Origin: Myxococcales bacterium
Lineage (GTDB): Bacteria; Myxococcota_A; UBA9042; JABWCM01; BTVJ01
Length of the DNA stretch: 64,000 bases
NCBI GenBank assembly: GCA_045863395.1
Contig: BTVJ01000015.1
Coordinates: forward strand, 1 to 64,000
Direction: 5' to 3'
The first letter of the stretch is position 1. Every line of letters begins with the position of its first letter. The notes beneath the pieces were generated by a model. That model saw only the letters and a program-made list of their open reading frames with translations, was not told the origin of the DNA and ran no database searches. Positions 1 through 9,751 of this stretch are shown in pieces. Made by a program: the position numbers and the translations under genes.

Positions 1-2
1 CT

Positions 3-2417
3 ACCAAACACGTCGATCTGGAGCCCTTCCAATACGGGGAGTCCCTCCTCACGGTGACTTCAATCGGGCAGTTACGGGCCTGCCCGAAGATCCGTGTGTC
101 CTATTCCGCGGGGTTGCAGCCTGGCTGGGGGAGTGGTCCATTCTACCCCCACACCTATCAGAAGGAGATAATTGCCGACGGACCGTGCATGAATCCCGGG
201 GAGTCTGCCACCTGGGTCGTTGCGGGCCGCGGCCCATCGGGTCATCACAGTATCGAGGTAGAGGTGACGAGTACGCCTGTTCAAGTTGAGGGCGTCACAT
301 TCAAAAAGGGCACGCAATACAAGAAGGTACTCGTGTTCCCAGGAAACTCGGACATCAAGGAGGTAAGAGAACTTCTCACGGTTGTAGAGACTCCGATGAT
401 GGAGTACTCCGATGATGAGACGATTTCTTTGCACGTGAAAGGGGAGGTGGTGAATCCGCCAATGCCCGCGGAGCTGAACGTGGACTTGGTGCTTCCTGGA
501 CCCGTGAGCCTCGATTCGGACTTCTCGATGAGCCTGCTGATCGGCAACAAGGGCGACACGCCCGTACCCGACGTTGCCGTGGAGGTGACACCTTCGCCGG
601 GACTCACGGTCGAGACGTCCAGCAGCGACGGAGTGTGCGAAGGCTCCATCTGCGCCCTTGGCGAGCTCGGCGCGGGGGAGGTCGCCACCGCGACCGTCAC
701 CGGCGTAGCGGACACCGTAGGACAGGCCTCGGTAAAGGCCGTCGTCACCAGCGGGGGCATCGTCGTGACCAGCAAGACGGCACTCATCGACGTGGTCGCC
801 GCCTGCAAGCTCCCAAGCGACGATGGGAAGCCGTGCGACGATGGCGATCCCTGCACGAAGGGTGACGTCTGCGCCCCTGAAGGGGGCTGCAAGGGCACCG
901 CCACTTTCTGCCCTGGCGCGGGAGCCTGCAACGTCGGGAAGTGCAGTCCCGAGACGGGCGCGTGCGAGGTCGTCGCAGCGTCGGATGGGTCTTCGTGCGC
1001 CGGGGACCCCTGCATGATCTGCCAGTCGGGAGCCTGCCTCCCGAAGGTCTGCGAGCCGTCCAGCGCCGCGGCCATGAACCCCTGCTTGTCGACGACTTGC
1101 ACTGGGGGCGAGTGCGTCGATGCACCGAAGGAGGGCTCGTGCGGCGGTCCGGGCCAGTGTCAGGACGGGGAGTGCCTGTGCCCCCAGAGTGTGGCGGCCG
1201 CCAAGGACGAGTGCCTCGTCACGTCGCTGGTGGGAGGGATGTGCGCGGACGTGCTCAGAACCGGTGAGCCGTGTGCCGGCGCCGCCCCGTGTCAGAAGGA
1301 CCCCGTGTGCGTGGCATCGGGGAGCGGCGCTGCGTGTGTCGGCACCCCCGTCACCTCGGGGACGCTCAACGGCGTCGACTGCGGTCCGCCTCCGACACCC
1401 ATCGACGTCGTAGGGTCCGCGGGGGGAGATGGCACGTTCACAGCCCTGCCCGGCGAGCCTGTCGTCGTGTTCGACCTGGATGTCACTGCCCCTGCCGGCC
1501 TTCCGCTCACCCTCGTGGGCGTGAGTGTCGTGGGCAAGGCCAAGGTGACGGGCATGGAGACGACCAACGTCGTCGGGGACGCCTTCGAGCCCGAGGCGGA
1601 GGTCGCCACATTCACCAGCGGCAAAGCGACCATGCTCGAGACCGCGAAGGCCCTTGTCCAACCCTCCCTGGTTCCGGTCGCGGGTTCGTCGGGGTCACCC
1701 ACGGGAACCTCCTACCAGTCCACCTTCAAGCTCCAGACACCCATCGTCCTTCCGTCCGGGTCGACGACGACGGTGCAGGGCACGGCGACGCCAACTGCGG
1801 CGGCCCTGCTGCTCGGGGGCGGCGTAATCGTTGGCCGGCGGGGCGGGCCCACGGAGGGGACGAGGTCAGGGGGATCCGGCAGCCCGTGGCCACCCTGGAG
1901 CGCCGTGACGATGGCGCTTGCCACATTGGCCCTTCTGGCGGCACGGCGGGTGGCGGGCGGCCTGATCGCGGCGCTCGTCGTCGGGCTCCTCGCCTTGTCC
2001 TGCGGGAGCGGAGACGCAACGGACAGCGGAGGAGGCGGTCACGCGGGGAAGGACGCCACGGACGATGCACTTGCCGACACCGAGGGTGAGCCTGGGACTG
2101 ATGCGTCTGGGCCATGGGACGCGGTCGGCGACACTGCCGACGTTTCGGGTGGCTCGTTGGACGACGCGGTCGGCGACACCGTTGCCGATACTGGCGGCGA
2201 GCCGCTCAGTGACGTGATCGGCGATGGTGCCGGTGATGCCACGGTCGAGCCAAGCGCCGATGCTGCTACCGACTCTGGCGGAGACGCGGGACCGATCCCC
2301 GGCCCCATCGAGATCGTGATCGAGGTCACGGCACTTCACTTCGAGACGTTGGACGGCGAACCGCTCGACGTCGAGGTCTCCATCCAAGGCCCGACCGTCC
2401 GAATCGTCCCCCCATGA
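3..2417 (+). CDS. Large cell-surface protein (5'-partial): beta-sandwich and DUF11-like domains, Cys-rich CDDGDPCT-type repeats, hydrophobic segments and acidic linker
   Basis: Frame is open from base 3. DUF11-like GNKGDTPVPDVAVEV...CALGELGAGEVAT segment, then CDDGDPCTKGDVC repeats and hydrophobic segments near the C-terminus. Confidence 0.8.
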   Translation, partial: TKHVDLEPFQYGESLLTVTSIGQLRACPKIRVSYSAGLQPGWGSGPFYPHTYQKEIIADGPCMNPGESATWVVAGRGPSGHHSIEVEVTSTPVQVEGVTFKKGTQYKKVLVFPGNSDIKEVRELLTVVETPMMEYSDDETISLHVKGEVVNPPMPAELNVDLVLPGPVSLDSDFSMSLLIGNKGDTPVPDVAVEVTPSPGLTVETSSSDGVCEGSICALGELGAGEVATATVTGVADTVGQASVKAVVTSGGIVVTSKTALIDVVAACKLPSDDGKPCDDGDPCTKGDVCAPEGGCKGTATFCPGAGACNVGKCSPETGACEVVAASDGSSCAGDPCMICQSGACLPKVCEPSSAAAMNPCLSTTCTGGECVDAPKEGSCGGPGQCQDGECLCPQSVAAAKDECLVTSLVGGMCADVLRTGEPCAGAAPCQKDPVCVASGSGAACVGTPVTSGTLNGVDCGPPPTPIDVVGSAGGDGTFTALPGEPVVVFDLDVTAPAGLPLTLVGVSVVGKAKVTGMETTNVVGDAFEPEAEVATFTSGKATMLETAKALVQPSLVPVAGSSGSPTGTSYQSTFKLQTPIVLPSGSTTTVQGTATPTAAALLLGGGVIVGRRGGPTEGTRSGGSGSPWPPWSAVTMALATLALLAARRVAGGLIAALVVGLLALSCGSGDATDSGGGGHAGKDATDDALADTEGEPGTDASGPWDAVGDTADVSGGSLDDAVGDTVADTGGEPLSDVIGDGAGDATVEPSADAATDSGGDAGPIPGPIEIVIEVTALHFETLDGEPLDVEVSIQGPTVRIVPP

Positions 2418-2664
2418 CCCATGAACCAAGCGCCCGGAGCCCGGGCACGCCGGTCGTCGGCTGGCAGCAATGGTCCTGGAGATTCCTGTGGCGTCGCACA
2501 GTCGTGCGCCACTCCGGTGCTGTCTCCATCTGGACGTCGTGATTCTCTCGGTGTCCGACTGCCGAGGGGTTCCGCCCCGCCCCCGAACCCTCGCAGCCAC
2601 CGGCTCGTCCCAGCGTGTACCCGCCGGTCACCCCCGGGTCGGAGCCCGAGGACGGGCACCGGCC

Positions 2665-3837
2665 CTACCCGAGCAAGGCCCGCGTCTCCTCGAAGTCCTC
2701 GAAGAAGCCCAAGGCGAGGCGCGTGACCTGCTCGTCGGTGAGCGCCACGCCCGCAAACTTCACCGCGCGCCGCATGGCGACCAGATCCCCGAAGCCCGAG
2801 CTGAGCCCGTCGGTCACCATGGCGTCGGCCGCGGTCAAAAGGCGGATGTAGCCCTCGTGGGGCTGCCCCGCCGGCGGCCTGTGGTGGTCATTGATGATCG
2901 CGATGACGTCCGCGGTCAGGCTCCAGCGCTCGGCGACACGCACGCTGGCCTCCACGTGGTGGGCGTGGAAGGAGCGGGCGAGCGCCTGCCGCGACGGGGT
3001 CATGTCGCGGCGCTGCTCCCGCGCCAGGGACGCCGCCACGTCGAGCAGCACCAGCTTTCCCACGTCGTGGAAGAGCCCCGCGGTGAACGCCACGTCCGGG
3101 TCGAGCCGCAGCTCAGTCGCCAGGAGCCGCGCCAGATACCCCGACCCGACCGCGTGCTCCCACAACGCGCGCGCCTCCTGCTGGAGCGCCGGGTGGGCCT
3201 TGAGCACGCGCCCCCGGAACGTGGCCATCATCACCACGTCCCGGGTCCCGCTGAGCCCCATCTTGGACATGGCGGCGCGCACGGACTTGCTCTCGACCAG
3301 GCTTCGATAGAACGGGGAGTTGGCGACCCGCAGCACCTCGGCAGCCACCGAGGGGTCCGACTCGATGATGCTCGCGAGCTGGCGGACAGACGCCCTGGGG
3401 TCCGCGGCGGCCCGCTGGAGCTGCACGGCCACCCGCGGCATCATGGGGATCTGCACCCTCCCCTGCGCCATGGCCGCCGCCACCGCCCGCTCGAAGTGCT
3501 CGTCGTCCGATGTCGGTGCGCCCCGGTCCTGCTCGACCTCCATCTCTCGGAGCAGGCGCCCCATCGCCACGTCGCGTGCGCTCGGCCCCTTGGGTCGCGA
3601 GTCGCTCCGCAGCTCGGCGGCCAGGTACTCGCGGAGTGCGTGATCGGGGTTGGACACGGACACACGGTCGGGCTTCGCCAGCACGACGTCCGAATCCCGC
3701 GGCTCCTCGGGCAGACGGTCGGTGAACTCGTACCGCCGCTGCGCCGCTGCCTGCTGCCTCGCGAGCAGGGCCATGCCGCGCCGGCGGCTACCCCACAGGC
3801 CTCCCCACCAACGGCCGAGCCACCCCATACCCGTCAC
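2665..3837 (-). CDS. HDOD domain signal-transduction protein
   Basis: IESDPSVAAEVLRVANSPFY, LWEHAV and AFTAGLFHDVGKLVL motifs. GTG start overlaps the upstream stop (GTGA). Confidence 0.9.
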   Translation of the reverse strand: MTGMGWLGRWWGGLWGSRRRGMALLARQQAAAQRRYEFTDRLPEEPRDSDVVLAKPDRVSVSNPDHALREYLAAELRSDSRPKGPSARDVAMGRLLREMEVEQDRGAPTSDDEHFERAVAAAMAQGRVQIPMMPRVAVQLQRAAADPRASVRQLASIIESDPSVAAEVLRVANSPFYRSLVESKSVRAAMSKMGLSGTRDVVMMATFRGRVLKAHPALQQEARALWEHAVGSGYLARLLATELRLDPDVAFTAGLFHDVGKLVLLDVAASLAREQRRDMTPSRQALARSFHAHHVEASVRVAERWSLTADVIAIINDHHRPPAGQPHEGYIRLLTAADAMVTDGLSSGFGDLVAMRRAVKFAGVALTDEQVTRLALGFFEDFEETRALLG

Positions 3838-4538
3838 GCGACGTCGACGATGACGACGGTGACGTTGTCTTCCCCCGTGCGGTTCGCCAGCTCGATGAGC
3901 CGCTGGCAGGCCGCCTGGGGGTCCACGACCGCGTCCAGGACCTGGGCCAGCTCCGCCTTCGTCACCCCTTTGGTGAGGCCGTCGGTACAGAGCAGCCAGC
4001 GATCACCCCGGTTCAGGAGCCAGGTGCTGGTCTCGACGTAGATGTCCTGGCGGTGCCCGATGTGGTTGGCAAGCTGGTTGACGTTCTCCGGCTCCACGTG
4101 ATCCACGGTGACCTGCCTGAGCCCCTGGCCGCGCCGATGGCAATAGATACGGCTGTCCCCGACATGCACGACCGTCGCCTGCCGCTGGGCCTCGTCGACG
4201 TGGAGCACGCTCAGCGTGCAGCCCATGCGGTGGTGGCTCCCCTTCTCCTGCGCCGCGGTCCACACCGCGTTGTTCGCGCTGCGGACCAGGTCCAGGAGGG
4301 TGCGCTCCCCGTGGAACCGCTCGGGCGGGTACTGGAAGTAGAGCCAGAGCTGATCGACGGTCATGCGCGAGGCCTGCGCCCCCGCCTTGTGCCCGCCCAT
4401 GCCGTCGGCCACGGCGAAGATAGCACCCCGGCGGGCGTCGCGGACCCGCTTCTCTCCGTGGAACACCCGGTAGGCGTCCTCGTTTCGGTCCCTCTTCTTG
4501 CCCGTGTCGGTCGCGTGCCCGACCAGAAGCTCACCCAC
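3834..4538 (-). CDS. PP2C/PrpC-family Ser/Thr protein phosphatase
   Basis: TDTGKKRDRNEDA, AVADGMGGH, HVGDSRIY, LLCTDGL and EDNVTVV motifs. GTG start at 4538 follows a GGAGGGAG RBS. Confidence 0.92.
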   Translation of the reverse strand: MGELLVGHATDTGKKRDRNEDAYRVFHGEKRVRDARRGAIFAVADGMGGHKAGAQASRMTVDQLWLYFQYPPERFHGERTLLDLVRSANNAVWTAAQEKGSHHRMGCTLSVLHVDEAQRQATVVHVGDSRIYCHRRGQGLRQVTVDHVEPENVNQLANHIGHRQDIYVETSTWLLNRGDRWLLCTDGLTKGVTKAELAQVLDAVVDPQAACQRLIELANRTGEDNVTVVIVDVA

Positions 4539-4698
4539 GCTCCCTCCTGCCACGCTGCCCCCTGCCCGAACGACGTCTGGTGTCCCCCAATCAACAGGGA
4601 GCGACCGCCTCGATCCAAGCCCCCCGACTCCGGACGGCCGCTCATTGTAGCAAACACACCGCGGCAGCGTGAGGGCAAGGTTGCGGTCAGGGTTGCAG

Positions 4699-5181
4699 TC
4701 AGCGCTCCGCCTGCGCAACGGGGTGGTCACCACCGGAGAGCCTGAGCAGCACCGGACCCGCTGGATCGTCCGGGGGCACGAGGAGCGGCAGCAGGTTGTG
4801 CCACGCCGCGCGGGAGAGGCGCGCCTCGGCCCCGCCCTTGACGCGGCACGCCGCCGACTCCCCACGCAGCCGGAGGGACGCGGGGTCCAGCAGCTCGCGC
4901 GTTCCGTCCGACAGCAGCAGCTCGACCGCGGTGGGGAGCGAGGGGTCCCCGACGACCCGCAGGTTGCGCACGACGTAGGGGGTGCCCTCCACCTGCACGT
5001 AGGCCCAGTGGGACCCGATGCGGACGATGACCTCGCCGTCGGCCCGCACGGAGAGGCCGGCGTTGAGCGCCGCCACCGTGCGCTCGTGGGTGATGGCCTC
5101 ACCGCGATGGGTCCACCGGCAGTCCCCGTCCAGCCCGAGGCCGCTCCCTCGCCGCAGCAGATCGAGGATCGCGTCGTCCAA
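4699..5181 (-). CDS. DUF1285-like hypothetical protein
   Basis: WTHRGEAITHER...VQVEGTPYVV...CRVKGGAEARLSRAAW pattern. TTG start after GGAGG. Confidence 0.7.
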   Translation of the reverse strand: MDDAILDLLRRGSGLGLDGDCRWTHRGEAITHERTVAALNAGLSVRADGEVIVRIGSHWAYVQVEGTPYVVRNLRVVGDPSLPTAVELLLSDGTRELLDPASLRLRGESAACRVKGGAEARLSRAAWHNLLPLLVPPDDPAGPVLLRLSGGDHPVAQAER

Positions 5182-5193
5182 AGGTGCCTCCAA

Positions 5194-6891
5194 TCAGAGG
5201 CCGCAGCCGGCGGCCTCCGGCGCGCACACGCCCGAAAAGCTGGAGCTTGCGCAGGCCGGTGTGAACGCGGTGGCGGTGCTTCCGCAGGCCTCGATGGCGC
5301 AGGACCAGAGCGACGACACGCCAGGCACCGCCCCCCCGGACATGCCGCCGAGGCACCCGAACATGCACTGCTGCTTCGCGAGACCGAAGCCGCCGCACGC
5401 CGTGATGCACGAGGTGGTGGCGGCGCAGTCGTACAGGCTCCCGACCGGCCCGTTGCAGGTGCCCGCCACGTCGGCGCAGGCGAACCAGCTCGCGACGGCC
5501 AGGCACTCCTGGCTGTCCGCCGCGTTGTTCTCGTCGAGGTCGCACAGCCCGAAGCGGCAGTCGTTCCACAGGATGGCGTCCATGCCCCCCGACGGCGAGA
5601 GCTGGTCGAAGCACGCGTCGATGCAGGCCTGGTTGCCGCCGCAGGCGCTCAGGCACCCCCCGTTGTAGATGTCGCCGCAGGACTTCGTGCCCACGTAGAA
5701 GCAGTCCGCGTACTCCTGGAGACACCAGGTCAGGTAGCAGTCCGTGAACTGGGCGTCGGGCACCGACGCGCAGTGCTGCACGAGGCAGCTCTGCCACGCG
5801 TTCCAGTGGGCCTTGGTGTCAGGGGGCAGCGCGTTGAGGCACCCGGCGTAGCAGAGGGAGTTGTTGAAGCAGCTCTGGATGCACGGCCCCAGGTCCGCGG
5901 GACAGCTCTGGCCCACCTTGCAGCCGCAGCCCTTCTCGCCGAGGCACGTATAGACGTCGTCGCAGGAGACCACTGGCGAGCAGACCGGTTCGAGCTGGCA
6001 GTCGTGGTCGGCGCAGTCCGTCTTGCCGTCGAGATCGTTGTCCTTCCCGTCGTCGCAGTCCTCCACGCACGCGACGGTGCCCACGCAGTCGGGGTCCGCG
6101 CAGTCGGTCTTGCCGTCCAGGTCGTCGTCCACGCCGTTGATGCAGTTCTCGATGCACCCGGGCTTGCCGGCGCAGTCCGAGTCCGCGCAGTCGGTGAGCC
6201 CGTCCACGTCGTCGTCCTTGCCGTTGCCGCAGATCTCGAAGCAGCCTTGCTGCTTCACGCAGTCCGGGTCGTAACAGTCGGTGAGCCCGTCCAGATCGTC
6301 GTCCACCCCGTTGGTGCACACCTCCGGGCTGGGAGTCACATCGGCGCCCTGGGTATCCGGCGCGCCGGTGTCCGGCGCGCCGGTGTCCGGCGCGCCGGTG
6401 TCCTGCGCGCCGGTGTCCTCGCCCGCGTCCACGGCCCCGCCCGCGTCGCTCCCCGCGTCACCCTCGCCCGTCTCGGGGCCTCCAGTGTCCTGCGTGACGT
6501 CGGGCAGGCTCGTGTCGGTCCCCGCGTCCCCAGCTCCCGTGTCGGTGCCTGGGCCTCCGTCAGCCGCGTCGGGCCCTCCCGCACCGTCCGGCGCCCCCGC
6601 GTCGGGCCCGCCGCCGTCCGCACCGCCGTCCGCGAGCCCGTCAGGAGCGCCTCCATCCGACGTGTCCAGGGCCGCGGCGTCGGTTGCGACGTCCGCTGGC
6701 GTCCCGGCGTCGTCCATGCCCCCAATGTCCAGGACGAGCCCGCCCCCCCCGTCGCTGGAGCCGCCCCCCGCGACATCTCCAGCGCCCTGGGTCCCCCCGT
6801 CCGCCTGCCCTCCAGCGCCGCTGTCACAGGCGGACACCGCCAACACGACGCAAACGAGCCAGCCAGCGGTCTTGAAGTGTGCGTGCCTCAT
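5194..6891 (-). CDS. Cys-rich lipoprotein with acidic linker, four ExCxNGxDDDxDGxTDCxDxDC repeats and C-terminal Cys-rich repeats
   Basis: Lipobox VSAC, D/G/A/T-rich linker, repeats such as EICGNGKDDDVDGLTDCADSDC. Confidence 0.85.
   Translation of the reverse strand: MRHAHFKTAGWLVCVVLAVSACDSGAGGQADGGTQGAGDVAGGGSSDGGGGLVLDIGGMDDAGTPADVATDAAALDTSDGGAPDGLADGGADGGGPDAGAPDGAGGPDAADGGPGTDTGAGDAGTDTSLPDVTQDTGGPETGEGDAGSDAGGAVDAGEDTGAQDTGAPDTGAPDTGAPDTQGADVTPSPEVCTNGVDDDLDGLTDCYDPDCVKQQGCFEICGNGKDDDVDGLTDCADSDCAGKPGCIENCINGVDDDLDGKTDCADPDCVGTVACVEDCDDGKDNDLDGKTDCADHDCQLEPVCSPVVSCDDVYTCLGEKGCGCKVGQSCPADLGPCIQSCFNNSLCYAGCLNALPPDTKAHWNAWQSCLVQHCASVPDAQFTDCYLTWCLQEYADCFYVGTKSCGDIYNGGCLSACGGNQACIDACFDQLSPSGGMDAILWNDCRFGLCDLDENNAADSQECLAVASWFACADVAGTCNGPVGSLYDCAATTSCITACGGFGLAKQQCMFGCLGGMSGGAVPGVSSLWSCAIEACGSTATAFTPACASSSFSGVCAPEAAGCGL
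6352..6418. repeat. 15-bp tandem repeat (about 4 copies) encoding DTGAP
   Basis: GGTGTCCGGCGCGCC units read directly. Confidence 0.85.
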
Positions 6892-6953
6892 GCGCGCTCC
6901 CTCCCCCGAGGATGGCGCCACCATACACCCGAAGCCCCCGCCAGGCCAGGAGA

Positions 6954-7964
6954 TCAGGCGTCGACCCCGGTGTGCGGGGCAGGCAGCGTGGAGACGAGCC
7001 CCTCCCCCTGGTAGCGGTAGCTCGGGTCGCCTCGAAGGTCGGTGCGGATGCGCTCGACGATGGGCCGCGGGTCGACGAACACAGGGTAGAGCTCCGCGGG
7101 ATCATAAGCGTTTCCGCGCTCGTAGAGCCCCCCGCAGATCGACCGCAGGCGGCACTGCCCGCAGCACTCCGCGTAGAGGTGCCCCCACTCGGTCTGCCGC
7201 ACGCTGCCCTTCTCGTCGAGGAAGTGGACGATGCGCTCCTCGTCCTTGACGATCTTGCGCGTCTCCGTGGAGCAGTGCGCGTACTCGGTCATGTAGCAGA
7301 GCGGCACGCGCTCCACGCGGAAGGTGCACCCGTGGGCCTCCAGGTGCCGCATCGCCCGCAGCAGCGACACCTCGAAGTCCGCCAGCCGCGGCGTGAAGAA
7401 CTGGTTCTCGCTGGCCTTGCCCAGATCCGGGTCCAGGTTGTTCCACACGTAGTGGCGCACGAAGGGGAAGTTCTTGGTGTGGTAGCGGACGTTCTCGTCC
7501 AGGTGGTCCGCGTTGAACTTGTTGATCACCTGGTTGATGTTGCAGGCGACGCCAGCGGCGTCCAGGTTCTTGAGGGCCGCCGTCGCCTTGCGCAGCGACC
7601 CCCGCGACCCGCGCAGCCAGTCCTCGAGATCCGGTCGCACGCTGTAGATGCTGACGTGCGCGTGCTGGAGCCCCGCCTCCGCCAGCTCTCGCGCAACCTC
7701 CGGATCCTCCAGGAGCTGCCCGTTGGTGATCATGCGCACGTGCAGCGACGTGGTGCGCGCGTAGCGGATGATCTCGGGCAGAATCGGCGACAGGGTCGGC
7801 TCGCCGCCGGTCAAGATGATGCCGAAGTAGCCCCGCTCGACGAAGTCGTCGATCAGACCGCGGATGTCCTCGAAGCTGTGCACGTACGGCGTGGTCGGGT
7901 TGGAGCAGAACCCGCACGCCTGGTTGCAGTGCCGGACGACCTGGATGTAGCCGATGTTGGCCAA
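6954..7964 (-). CDS. Radical SAM protein, HxsC-like
   Basis: CNQACGFC motif, LTGGEPT, ITNG and C-terminal CGQCRLRSICGG. TTG start after GGGAGG. Confidence 0.9.
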   Translation of the reverse strand: MANIGYIQVVRHCNQACGFCSNPTTPYVHSFEDIRGLIDDFVERGYFGIILTGGEPTLSPILPEIIRYARTTSLHVRMITNGQLLEDPEVARELAEAGLQHAHVSIYSVRPDLEDWLRGSRGSLRKATAALKNLDAAGVACNINQVINKFNADHLDENVRYHTKNFPFVRHYVWNNLDPDLGKASENQFFTPRLADFEVSLLRAMRHLEAHGCTFRVERVPLCYMTEYAHCSTETRKIVKDEERIVHFLDEKGSVRQTEWGHLYAECCGQCRLRSICGGLYERGNAYDPAELYPVFVDPRPIVERIRTDLRGDPSYRYQGEGLVSTLPAPHTGVDA

Positions 7965-7983
7965 GGTCGGAGCCTCCCGGCGC

Positions 7984-9735
7984 TCAGGCGCACGCCGCCC
8001 GCGCCTCGGAGGCGAGCGGCTGGAGCGCCTTGAACCCGTGGTTGCGCAGATAGTTGATGTGCATCCCCCGGCACGTGGTGTCCAGCGCGCAGCCGCGGCA
8101 CCGCTTGCTCTTCGCGTAGTACTCGCTGACCACGAAGTGCTCTACATAGTGATCGATGTCCAGGTCTCCGGCCCGGTCGACCAGGTGACGGGGCAGCGTG
8201 TGGTGGTCCGCAGGGCGTGAGGCGCTCCCGGCGATGCACGCAGGCACGTTCTTGAGGGGGACCCCCAGGCCCGCCAGCCTGGCCAGCGTATCGGGATCCG
8301 GGTCCACCTCACGTGACTCGCTCAGGTATTCGTGGTTGCCGAGGCGCAGGGTCAGGCGCCCCTCCAGGGAGCCCACGCCGTGCTCCAGCAGCCACGCGGC
8401 CATCACCGCGTCCACCTCCGCCTCGACGGCCAGCCCCGGCGGCAGCACGGGGCCCAGCGCCTCCAGCGCCTCGACGGTCCGCACCACCAGCGTGGTGACG
8501 CGCCCGGGGTCCGCCGCCAGCGCGAGGACCTCGGCGACGGTCGGCACCTCCGCGCGCACGACCGCCCCCGGGAAGGCGTCCCCCACGTAGCCCCGCACCG
8601 CCTCCAGCGAGCCGCGCACCTCGACGCTCATCGGCCGCTGCCGCGCGAACGCCTCCTCGGCACGCGGCCCCATGGACGGGACGTCGAGGTCCACCGACAC
8701 CCGCTGGAAGCCCCCCGCCTCGTGCTTCTCGCGGAACGGGAGCATGGTCCCCCGGCACAGCCCGTTCAGGAAGCAGTGGTCGCACCGCTCCCCGAAGCAG
8801 TCGGGCTTCGTGCCGGTCTTCATGAAGCCCTCGAAGTTGTTGCGCCCCCCGTTGACCTCCGAGTGGAGCTTGTGCGGGTCCTGGATCAGGTGCTCGTACC
8901 CCTCGAGCTGGGCGACGGGCAGCCGGTTCGTCCACATGAAGACGCCGGGCTGCTTGCTGACCTCGAACGCCCGCTGCAGGTCGTCGTGGTGGGCCTCGAT
9001 GTCGAAGAAGAGCTGGTCGCGGAACTCCTCGAACCCCCGCCCGAAGGGCACGATGTGCAGCAGGTCGAACTCCCGGATCCCCATCGCCATGTAGAAGTCG
9101 ACGATGTCCCGCAGGTACCTCACGTTGAGCTTGTTGATGACCACGTCGACGTTGACGACGACCCCGCCGACGGCCTGGAGGTTGCGGATGCCCTGGTTGC
9201 CCCGCTCGAAGGCACCGGGCAGGCCGACCAGCCGGTCGTGCAACCGCGGTGTGTGCCCGTGCATGGAGAAGGTCGCCTCGTTGAGCCCGGCGAGCTTCGC
9301 CTTCCGCGCGAAGTCCGGGTAGGCGAACATCTGCCCGTTGGTCACGGTCTGGATCCAGTCGTATCCGAGTGATCGGCCGTACCGGATGAGCTTGATGAAC
9401 TCCGGGTGGACCGACGCCTCCCCGCCCGACAGGATCAGCCGCTCGCCCCCCTTGTCACGCCCCTCCTTGATGAAGGCCATCAGCTCCTGGACGGGAACGT
9501 AGGTGCCGTTCTGGTTCCAGGAGTCGAGGCAGAAGGTGCAGCGCTGGTTGCAGAGCCGCGTGACGCGGACCCACACGCGCTTGTGCTTGACCGCGTCCTC
9601 CTTGGCCGCGTCCTTCTCGATGTACATCTCGGCGCTGTCGATGAACGCGGTCTCCTCGGCCCCGGCGTCCAGGCCGCGCGCCTTGTTGGCCAGGCGCTCC
9701 AGGGTGACTACGTTCTGGGGTGAGAAGGTCGGCAT
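7984..9735 (-). CDS. Radical SAM protein, HxsC-like, with C-terminal extension and two auxiliary Cys clusters
   Basis: CNQRCTFC, LSGGEAS, TVTNG, internal CDHCFLNGLCRG and terminal CRGCALDTTCRG. Confidence 0.9.
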   Translation of the reverse strand: MPTFSPQNVVTLERLANKARGLDAGAEETAFIDSAEMYIEKDAAKEDAVKHKRVWVRVTRLCNQRCTFCLDSWNQNGTYVPVQELMAFIKEGRDKGGERLILSGGEASVHPEFIKLIRYGRSLGYDWIQTVTNGQMFAYPDFARKAKLAGLNEATFSMHGHTPRLHDRLVGLPGAFERGNQGIRNLQAVGGVVVNVDVVINKLNVRYLRDIVDFYMAMGIREFDLLHIVPFGRGFEEFRDQLFFDIEAHHDDLQRAFEVSKQPGVFMWTNRLPVAQLEGYEHLIQDPHKLHSEVNGGRNNFEGFMKTGTKPDCFGERCDHCFLNGLCRGTMLPFREKHEAGGFQRVSVDLDVPSMGPRAEEAFARQRPMSVEVRGSLEAVRGYVGDAFPGAVVRAEVPTVAEVLALAADPGRVTTLVVRTVEALEALGPVLPPGLAVEAEVDAVMAAWLLEHGVGSLEGRLTLRLGNHEYLSESREVDPDPDTLARLAGLGVPLKNVPACIAGSASRPADHHTLPRHLVDRAGDLDIDHYVEHFVVSEYYAKSKRCRGCALDTTCRGMHINYLRNHGFKALQPLASEARAACA

Positions 9736-9751
9736 CGTTCTCCGTGGCGCC

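Noticed and set aside
2418..2664. Short hairpins between convergent genes as an ncRNA
   Set aside because: The stems are short and expected by chance at this GC content. No family was recognised.
5179..5196. In-frame TGA between the lipoprotein and DUF1285-like gene as selenocysteine readthrough
   Set aside because: A GGAGG RBS and TTG start directly follow, the domains are unrelated and no SECIS-like hairpin is evident.
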